Translations under genes and position numbers: made by a program
NCBI GenBank assembly: GCA_040182905.1
Contig: JARQWU010000053.1
Coordinates: forward strand, 1-47,368
DNA length: 47,368 bases
Source: Barthelona sp. PAP020
Taxonomy: Eukaryota
Direction: 5' to 3'
Notes under the pieces: model-generated
What the model saw: the letters and a program-made list of their open reading frames with translations, nothing else
Databases searched by the model: none
Told to the model about the DNA's origin: nothing
In this document: positions 1 to 7,916 of the stretch, one piece after another
Numbering within the stretch: the stretch's first letter is position 1
Layout: each line of letters begins with the position of its first letter

Positions 1-1044
1 CAACTCACCGATTTCATCTGTCAATTCTTGAACCCTTTCCACATATCCCTTTCTTTCCAAAAGCCAAATGTTCTTTTCCTCCTTCAACAGAGCATTCTCC
101 TTTACAAACCTCTTCTCGTCGAATCCTAACCCCTCAAAACGCTCAATCAGCATCTGCAAATACTCAGTAATCTCGCTGAACGTTGGCCTGGCAGCAGTCT
201 CAACAGCTAAACACCTCTTTATAATTCCAAACCCAGGTATTGTATCCAACAATTCCTTGCTAAATGGAAGCTTTCCATTGCCCAATTTGAACACAACTTG
301 AATGTCATTCAATCCATCAAATGGAATAAAGCCAGAAATGACTTGAGCCAACATAACACCAAATGACCAAACATCTGCAGGCATAGCCTTAATAGCTTCT
401 GATTCATTGATTAATTCAGGAGCAGCATATCTTGTAGCTCCCATCATTGAATTTGCAGAACTCCTGCTTGCATCACGAACAAGCCCAAAATCTGCGATGG
501 CAGGTGTATACATACCATCTACTTCACGTCTCAACAATACGTTGTTTGGCTTCAAATCCCTATGCATAACACCTTTCCTGTGACAAAACTCAAGCGCAGT
601 GGACACCTGCATCATGATAACCAACTTCTCCTTCAAAGACAACTCGGGTATCATTTCCTCCAGATCCGCATCACAATACTCCATTACAACAGCCTTTTTG
701 TTCTCAATCTCAGTAACTCCATATATTTGTCGAATAAATGGGTGATTCAACACCATTGCAAAACATTCTCGATCAAGTTCATCTTTTTCAATCTTTCTCG
801 TAAAAAACTTAATTATTACAGGTTTTCTAAATCGTTTAGCAAGATGTAGGTAGCTACCACTTCCTGTAGCGATATTGTTTTTAACTATTTCAATCTCACT
901 TCCAGGTATATTGACATCATTCGATTTCAAAAAACTATCCAATTTTTCAAAAGCATCTTCATCTGATTTTTCAACAATTGTTCTGCATTTCTTTGCACGT
1001 TATTCTAATTCGTATGATCCTTGATTTTCTTCAAAGGTGAACAT
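1..1044 (-). CDS. Ser/Thr (TKL-like) protein kinase followed by coiled coil; runs off the left edge; one in-frame TAA at codon 15 (possible pseudogene)
   Basis: Manual translation from ATG at 1044: MFTFEENQGSYELE*RAKK...VIIKFF...LNHPFIRQIYG...VVMEYCD...HRDLKPNNVLL...IADFG...YAAPE...DVWSFGV...RPTF. TAA at 1000-1002; next in-frame ATG at 756. Not in the ORF track because the frame is open to position 1. Confidence 0.8.
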
Positions 1045-1445
1045 GGGTGGAAAAAAAGATGAAAAAGTGAAAAATTTCTTTCAACTTCTTATTTAGCTTT
1101 CTATTTGAATTCAATTTGTTGTATTATTCAAAAAAGTGGTCTAATATTTTGTTGAGAATTTATTATTTACCTGAAAAGAACTTTTTTAAAAGAAATTTTA
1201 TTTTTAATTGTAAAAAGGTAGGTTTTCAAAAACTGTGGAATTTGTAAATATTGGCACCACCTAAGATATTTTGTGGGATTTTTTTGAAGAATATGTCTTA
1301 ATGTGGATAAACTTCAAATGCTTGACTTTTGTTTGAGTTCCATGACAAAATACAAAATGCAGGCCTATTCTTGATTGAATATTTCAAATAATAACAGGTG
1401 TTAACTTTCTCTATGAATAAATATAGTTTTTTCACAACTTGACCA

Positions 1446-2109
1446 ATTATTTCCAATACAAGAAGCACTGCACGCATGAGTGAATTAAAAAGAATAGTTT
1501 TTATTTGGTTAGGCTCGAAGCTGTGTTGATTTTTTGAAACTTTGAATTTTTAGAAAGGGAGAGTCAAAGACTTTAAATTTTGCTTTTGGAAAATACAAAA
1601 AAAGCAGGAGCAAGAAGATTTCTCCAAAAGTTTCACACTTGACTATCAAAATTAATTTTTAGATCCTCAATTCTTCTTGAAGTGTTTGACTGAAATTTGC
1701 TAGAATGAGTTTTCTGAGTTTACTTTTTCTGTAAATAAATATAATTGTTCTAAAATTAAACCAATTGTTTCCTAAATAAATTAGTTCTTTTTATTTATTA
1801 ATGATACAATGTTTTAGTCCAGTTGTGAAACAACTATATTTGTTTACAAAGAAATAAACCCAAAAAACTCATTCTAGCAAATTTCATTCAAAATTTCAGG
1901 AGGGGAATTGAAAGACTGAAATGTGATTGGAAAGATTAAGGGTGAAACTTTGAGAGAAATCTTCTTGCTCCTGCTTTTTTTGTATTTTTGTAAAAGCAAA
2001 ATTTTAAAGTCTATCAACAAATCAAATGGGTCTTGAAAAATTTCAAACAAATAAATACTTTTCTTTTTAATTCACTCATATGTACAGTGCTTCTTGGCTT
2101 GGAAATAAT
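1446..2109. repeat. ~660-bp imperfect palindrome (foldback), centre ~1785
   Basis: 1590-1624 is the exact reverse complement of 1954-1988 (35 bp), and 1691-1713 of 1864-1886 (23 bp). The outer arms ATTATTTCCAA..GAAGCACTG..ATGAGTGAATTAAAAAGAA (from 1446) match ~2050-2109. Confidence 0.92.
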
Positions 2110-2225
2110 CTTTAAAGATTATATTTCAATTTTAAATTCTTTACTTTGATTTTAACTAAAATCTGCTCAAATAGATTTTAAAACATTTTAAAACAAAAAG
2201 GAAAAATTTGATCCTTAATGTGATT

Positions 2226-2307
2226 GATCAAGTAGTCAAGTGGTCTACGACGCCAGCTTTAGGCGCTGGTTCTTTCGGGAGCGCGGGTTCGAATCCCGTC
2301 TTGATCA
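2226..2307 (+). tRNA. trnL-TAG: tRNA-Leu, anticodon TAG
   Basis: Acceptor GATCAAG/CTTGATC plus discriminator A; D-arm GTC..GAC; anticodon stem CCAGC/GCTGG with loop TT-TAG-GC (anticodon 2260-2262); long variable arm; T-arm GCGGG-TTCGAAT-CCCGT; TTTT at 2311-2314. Confidence 0.96.
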
Positions 2308-2347
2308 TTATTTTCATCTTCAAAATGGATAAGGAAGAGGATCGAGT

Positions 2348-2640
2348 CTCTTTCACTCAACAAAATGATTTCACTCGACAAAATAATAACCATTTAATAA
2401 AAGCTTTTACTGTTCAAGGTTAGAGTTTGGGTTACTTGTCACTGGTCTGTTGTGCGTAGATTGGTTCAGAACTCTCCTATAAAAAAAAAAGAAGGCTCTT
2501 TCACACGACAATTCACACGACAATAATAACAAATGTTTATAAAGATCTTTATTGTTCTCGGTTAGAGTTTGGGGGTACTTGCAACTGGGTCGTTTTGCGT
2601 GGATGGTTCAGAACACTCTTAAAAGAAAAAAAAAGAAATG
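2348..2640 (+). repeat. Two diverged tandem ~148-bp units, each with a G-rich hairpin and an A-tract
   Basis: Units start CTCTTTCAC at 2348 and 2496. Both contain a doubled TTCAC(T/A)C(G/A)ACAA motif, then TGTTC..GGTTAGAGTTTGGG..TACTTG..ACTGG..TGCGT.GAT..GGTTCAGAAC and a poly-A run. Confidence 0.88.
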
Positions 2641-2842
2641 CTTCCGGTTTAGATGGGGCGGGTATTTAAAGAAAAGTGTAATATTTTCTTTTAGCCCCTT
2701 GATTCACTTTAATGTCTCCACTTATGTTCTCTTTGTAGGACTTTGACATTCCTAGTTAACCTAATTTATTTGCTTATATCCTTAATCTTTGGATTCATAC
2801 GATTACGTTTATTATTACTTGATTTTTTCAATTTTGATACCC

Positions 2843-3222
2843 ATTAATATCAAAAATTGCAAGAAGAAACCTTAAACGCATTTATATTGTTTTTTACGTG
2901 AAATCCGTCCGCTTTGCTACGAACACTTCCCAAGGCGAAACTTAAACAAAATAGTGATATAGAGCTGTTTAGAATATTGTTTACTTGATCTCATTTATCA
3001 ATCAGATAAATTCACGTTCTTTCATTGTATTCCGAATCAAGATAATTCTTATTGGAAACTAATTTTTACTTTACTTACAGTTTGTGTAACCTTTATATTC
3101 TTGTTATAAATTATTTTATATGTATTGGATCATATTTAACAATCAGAAGTGCAAGAATAGAACCTAGAACAATGTTTATTTTGTCTTTTGGGTGAAATCC
3201 GTCAGCTTTGCACGAACACTCC
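2843..3222 (-). repeat. Two diverged ~90-bp elements 294 bp apart (~2843-2930 and ~3134-3222)
   Basis: GTGAAATCCGTCCGCTTTGCTACGAACACT (2898) vs GTGAAATCCGTCAGCTTTGC-ACGAACACT (3192); both preceded by TGCAAGAA..AACCT. Confidence 0.85.
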
Positions 3223-3304
3223 TTCTGAAAACAAATTAACAAACACAAACTAAAAATTTACAATACACCAACTAAAAGAGCACTGATATTTCAACAATAC
3301 AGTA

Positions 3305-6300
3305 CTAATAGAGAAAGTCAATATCGTTTGTATCCAATGAGTCAACAAACATATGAGTCATGTAATGAACAGCCTGAGGAACCATTTCATTAGAATATTC
3401 ATCAAGAATCTTCACAATGAAAGGTGTTGCACCATAATCAATAAATTGATCTTTGATCATTGGTAACATGGCTAGATTACAAGCGATAACAAATAAAGAT
3501 TTCAAGCATTTTTTTCTCAACGTTTCATTCGTTAAACACAATTGTAAACCCTTAGTTATATATTTAACAACACCAGCCCTTGCAAATACCGGTTTATTGA
3601 AATCATACATACTCAAGGCACACATAGCACCTGTAATTTCTTCTAATGCATCAAAATCCTTAAAATTCTTCTTAAAACTTCTAACTAATAAGGTAATTGC
3701 GCCATTATCAGCTAAAATCTTTCTGCGTTCAGTTGAATCAGCATATATCCAAATCACTCCTGCAATTTGTTCCATTACTGGTCCAATAGTGTAATGTCTC
3801 TTACCAATTTGTACCATTTTAATTAAAATATGCTTTTGAAGAAAGAAAGTTCTAAGTTTCTTTCTAGAACTTAAATTCCAGATGGCACCAGTAATTTGAC
3901 AAACTGTATGCGGGTCTTTATAGTACTGATCGAGAAAGTTCATTAAAAATGAAGGTATTTCAGTATTCTCTACTATTTTTTGGTTATTCTCATCATCAAA
4001 ACATAAATTTCTGATGTTTCCACAACCGTACTCAATTATCATCAAATCATCATCGTATAATTTGAAAATCTTCTCCAACAATTCAATTGCCCCTGCTTTG
4101 GCAAATTCAATCTTGTTCTCAGCTCCAGCAGAAAGATTCCACATCGCTTTGATTGCTGATGCTAAAATTCTTTTCTCACTCAGATACTTGTGTGAAACTT
4201 CCATCATTGTGGCAATAACACCATGTTTTCGAAATTCATCTCTATTACCAGTTTCAATAGATAATCCCCAAATGATTTGGAACAAGAGAACCAAAATTTC
4301 AGGATTATCAATTTGATTCTTACAAACTCCAGATAAAACCTCAATGAATCCAGATTCACGAACTCTAGCAGCTCTATCTTCGGTGAAAATATCCAAAAAT
4401 GCCAAAGATATTCCATTAACAATACCTTTATCACTTTCCCATACTTCTAAAAGTTCAGTAAACAATTCAAACACTTCAATTTCTTCAATCAACTTTTCAT
4501 GATATCTTTCTGTAGGTGCAAATGCTCTATATAATGAAACAATAGATTCGGTAATATCTCTATTATCTTCAAATGTATCTGCTGCATCACTAGCCAATCC
4601 AAAAGCATCATATTTAGCAATAATCTCATGATTTGCTTCAACACTTACAAGACAAGATAAAACATTCATAGCAACACGGGTCAAACCAATAGAATTTTGT
4701 TTAATGAACTTCTTTAACGAAGTCATGTTAAATTTGATGAATTCTTCATTACTGAAAATAGGTAATGTTTCTGGAACTTCTGAAGCTTTCCAAATAATGA
4801 CCCATAAACTTTGACATAAACCAACATCATCAGAATATTTATCAAAAGCTAATCTAAATGGTGTAACAGCATCTTGTTTAAACATTTCAACCAAACATTT
4901 TTCAGATTCCAAAAAAGAAGTAAGAACAGAACAAATAGTTAAAACAAAATCTCGATCGTCAATTTTTTGATTTAAGATTTGAATAATTTCTTTAATTGAA
5001 CCATCATTAATGATGGGTTCATGACAAGGTTCAGAATTGATGATAGTTGCTAAAGTTTGAATAATCAAATGAATGTTGTCGTTATTTTGAAGAATTGGTA
5101 ATAAATCCTTAATGCAATATTTGAAGAATCCGATGTTTACAAACGTCACTTTACTTTCAACAGATGTGGTGACATCTGCGAGAAGATCCAACAAATGATT
5201 CAAAACTTTAGGTTTAGAATGAAATACTTCACAAAATTCTTTCAATAAAACAAAAATATCATGTTCTATTAATAACTTTTCATTCTCTCTGTCAATATTT
5301 CCTTCAGCATCTCCAATAATGGTACGGAAGATCTTTACAATAATCAATAATGTGTCTTCATCATTTTTAAAAATTTCAATATTTTTCTTTATTTCAGCAA
5401 TTATTGAATTCTTGATGAAAAACTTTCCAATCTCATTATTTTTTGCTAAATTTCGTAAAGTTTTCAAATACAATTGTTTTAAACCAATAGACATGATATT
5501 TAATGATGAAATAAAGTTGACAAACATCTTTAAAAATCCATGATATTTTTCTTCAATCACAAAGTCGTTCAAACGTTCTTTTTCTTTCAACATAGCAAAA
5601 TTATAAACACTACTAAGCAACTCTTTCAATAAGTCTTCTTCAATATTCTTGTTTTCCATCATAAATTTCATTACTTCAAAAAAAGTACTATGTAAGAGAT
5701 TCACTTTAAAAAGTTCGTTATTTGTTCCAACAAATATAGCAGTTGCTAAAGTCTTTGCTTGCTCTTTTGAATCTTTCCAACCATTTAACAACACACTAAA
5801 AGTATCAGCAATATCAACCCTACATAATATCTCAACCAAATCCGAATCGTTTAGCAAAGGACAAATAAACCCTAAGACACTCTGAAAATCTTCCACATCT
5901 TCAACACCTAGTACAAGAATCTCATTTAAATACTCCTTCATACCTTCACTGTTACAAAACTTTTTCATAGCCTTCTTAGAGCATGATAGATTGAATAAAA
6001 CCAAAGAAATATCCTTTAAAAAGCCAGCTTCATTTTTATTGTTGGCAATCATTGTTCTCAACGTATCAAATAGTTTAGATTGACTTAAAATATCACCAGC
6101 TTCAGAATTAGGAATAATGGTACAAAAACAGGGTAAAACAATTTTTAAAAACTCTTTGTTTGTTTCAAAAGCAGAAACAATAGTTCCCATTTGATCATAA
6201 AATTCTAAATTAAGAAATTTAGGCTTAATGGCTTCAGTAGTATTTGCAAAATCTCTTAAAACATGAGATAAACAAGATAAAATACGAATACAAACTTCAA

Positions 6301-6499
6301 TTTCTTCCTCAAATTTGTTTAATATTGTTTGAAAATATGTTACAAATTCAGATTCTAAAATTTCTTCTCTTAAAATTTGTTCTTCACTTATCATTTGAGT
6401 GATATCATCACAACAATCCATCACAATTTCTTTGTCATCTAAATTATCTTTTAAACGTTCAATAACTTGAATAATGAACTCAGAAGATCCGTCAGTCAT
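3305..6499 (-). CDS. Armadillo-repeat protein, 1064 aa
   Basis: Long ORF with recurring ARM motifs in the C-terminal half (AMWNLSAGAENKIEFAKAGAIELL, GAIWNLS, GAMCALS..NK..FARAGVV). Confidence 0.9.
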   Translation of the reverse strand: MTDGSSEFIIQVIERLKDNLDDKEIVMDCCDDITQMISEEQILREEILESEFVTYFQTILNKFEEEIEVCIRILSCLSHVLRDFANTTEAIKPKFLNLEFYDQMGTIVSAFETNKEFLKIVLPCFCTIIPNSEAGDILSQSKLFDTLRTMIANNKNEAGFLKDISLVLFNLSCSKKAMKKFCNSEGMKEYLNEILVLGVEDVEDFQSVLGFICPLLNDSDLVEILCRVDIADTFSVLLNGWKDSKEQAKTLATAIFVGTNNELFKVNLLHSTFFEVMKFMMENKNIEEDLLKELLSSVYNFAMLKEKERLNDFVIEEKYHGFLKMFVNFISSLNIMSIGLKQLYLKTLRNLAKNNEIGKFFIKNSIIAEIKKNIEIFKNDEDTLLIIVKIFRTIIGDAEGNIDRENEKLLIEHDIFVLLKEFCEVFHSKPKVLNHLLDLLADVTTSVESKVTFVNIGFFKYCIKDLLPILQNNDNIHLIIQTLATIINSEPCHEPIINDGSIKEIIQILNQKIDDRDFVLTICSVLTSFLESEKCLVEMFKQDAVTPFRLAFDKYSDDVGLCQSLWVIIWKASEVPETLPIFSNEEFIKFNMTSLKKFIKQNSIGLTRVAMNVLSCLVSVEANHEIIAKYDAFGLASDAADTFEDNRDITESIVSLYRAFAPTERYHEKLIEEIEVFELFTELLEVWESDKGIVNGISLAFLDIFTEDRAARVRESGFIEVLSGVCKNQIDNPEILVLLFQIIWGLSIETGNRDEFRKHGVIATMMEVSHKYLSEKRILASAIKAMWNLSAGAENKIEFAKAGAIELLEKIFKLYDDDLMIIEYGCGNIRNLCFDDENNQKIVENTEIPSFLMNFLDQYYKDPHTVCQITGAIWNLSSRKKLRTFFLQKHILIKMVQIGKRHYTIGPVMEQIAGVIWIYADSTERRKILADNGAITLLVRSFKKNFKDFDALEEITGAMCALSMYDFNKPVFARAGVVKYITKGLQLCLTNETLRKKCLKSLFVIACNLAMLPMIKDQFIDYGATPFIVKILDEYSNEMVPQAVHYMTHMFVDSLDTNDIDFLY

Positions 6500-6571
6500 T
6501 AAATATTATTGAAGAATTGAAAAAAATAAATGATTAAAAGTTTTTTTTTTTAATTATTCCACAACGAAAAT
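6500..6571. promoter_or_regulatory. 72-bp putative bidirectional promoter between head-to-head ARM and DRG2 genes
   Basis: Divergent ATGs at 6499 (-) and 6572 (+) are separated only by an A-rich tract followed by a T-rich tract. Confidence 0.5.
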
Positions 6572-7730
6572 ATGGGCATAAAGGAGAAATTAGCGGAAAT
6601 TGATCTTGAAATGTCAAGAACTCAAAAGAACAAAGCAACAGAACATCATCTTGGTAGATTAAAAGCTCAAAGAGCCAAACTTATGGCTGAGTTAATTGAA
6701 TCACAAACTAAAAAGACTACTGCTGGAGATGGTTTTGAAGCACCAAGATCTGGTGATGCAAGAGTTGCAATGATTGGTTTTCCTTCAGTTGGTATCAAAA
6801 ATCTTTATTAATTTATTCACTAATATTTTAGGTAAATCTACAACATTAACGGAATTAACTGCAGCTGATTCTAAAACAGCTGAATATGAATTTACTACTT
6901 TAACATGTATTCCTGGTGTTTTTGATTATAAAGGAGCAAGAATACAGTTATTAGATTTACCAGGAATTATTGATGGTGCTGCAACGAATAGAGGAAATGG
7001 TCGAAGAGTTATTTCCACTGCTCGTTCTGCAGATTGTGTCTTAATGGTTCTTGATGCATCTCAAGGAGAATTACAAAAGGTTCTATTGACTCAAGAATTG
7101 GCAAAAATGGGTATCAGATTGAATCAATTACCACCTGATTTGCAGATTGTCAAGAAAAGTTCTGGTGGTATCAATATTATTTCTCCCATTCCTTTAACTC
7201 ATCTTAATGATACCATAGTTAAAACTATTTTAAAAGAATATAAAATAACAAATGCTGATATTACTTGTCGTGAGGATTGTACTGTTGAGCAGTTGATTGA
7301 TGTTGTTGTTGGCAACCGAGTTTATTTGCCATGTGTTTATATGTACAATAAGATCGACTTCTTGACCATCGAAGAGATTGACCGTTTAGCAAAATTGTCC
7401 AGACACAATGTGATGACCTCATTGTCCCATAGACTTGGAATAAGGTCCTTATTGGCTTGTCTTTGGGAACATTTGTCCATCAAAAGAATATATACGAAGA
7501 GTAAGGATGAAAGAATTCCTACTTTTCATGACCCCTTGATTTTGACCCATGAAGTGACAATTAGGGACGTTTGTCATTGTATTCATGGAGATATGGAAAG
7601 GAAATTTAATCATGCCATGGTTTGGGGATCTTCTGTTAAAACTCAACCATCGATGTGTGGGATTGAACATAAGTTACATGATGAAGATGTTGTTCAAATT
7701 TTCATCAAACTACCTTCAAACACAATTTAG
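6572..7730 (+). CDS. DRG2: Developmentally regulated GTP-binding protein 2 (DRG2/Rbg2), 372 aa; exons 6572-6791 and 6832-7730
   Basis: TQKNKATEHHLG N-terminus. Removing the 40-nt intron restores the P-loop GFPSVG|KST. YEFTTLTCIPG, LLDLPGII, NKID and a C-terminal TGS domain follow. Residues such as TLTCIPG, REDC and GNRVYLPC fit DRG2 better than DRG1. Confidence 0.93.
6792..6831 (+). other. 40-nt spliceosomal intron in DRG2
   Basis: GTATCA...CACTAATATTTTAG; excision joins two ORF-track fragments in frame through the P-loop. Confidence 0.93.
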
Positions 7731-7916
7731 TTAGTCATTATTAATTTTTATTTTTTTTTGCAGATATAAATATAAAATAAATTATTTGTTGTTATTGATA
7801 CCTTTTTTTATTAAAAAAAAGGTCCTATATTAAAAAAGAATGACAAAGAGAAAGAGAAAAACATGTGATGAAGAAGCATTGAAATTTATTTATTGATAAT
7901 TATGATATTTTAAGAA

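Noticed and set aside
2226..2307. Amber suppressor tRNA because the loop contains TAG
   Set aside because: TAG is the anticodon read 5'-3' and decodes CUA (Leu); a suppressor would need CTA.
2418..2434. Telomeric repeat (GGTTAGAGTTTGGGTTA resembles TTAGGG)
   Set aside because: Fewer than three degenerate units, and better explained as one arm of the hairpin.
2208..2746. ORFs 2208-2423 and 2552-2746
   Set aside because: Non-ATG starts, and they overlap the tRNA and the repeats.
2898..2930. SECIS element
   Set aside because: GTGA is present but there is no apical AA loop or correctly spaced GA quartet, and no UGA-containing gene on that strand upstream.
2348..3222. CRISPR array, or spliceosomal snRNA / SL RNA genes
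   Set aside because: No identical repeats with unique equal-length spacers and no cas genes. The U5-like GCTTTTAC (2403) and Sm-like AATTTTTG (minus strand ~2851-2858) are not conserved between copies, and no U1/U2/U6 signature was found.
7865..7905. Box C motif GTGATGA upstream of VPS15
   Set aside because: No CTGA box D or rRNA-antisense element follows.
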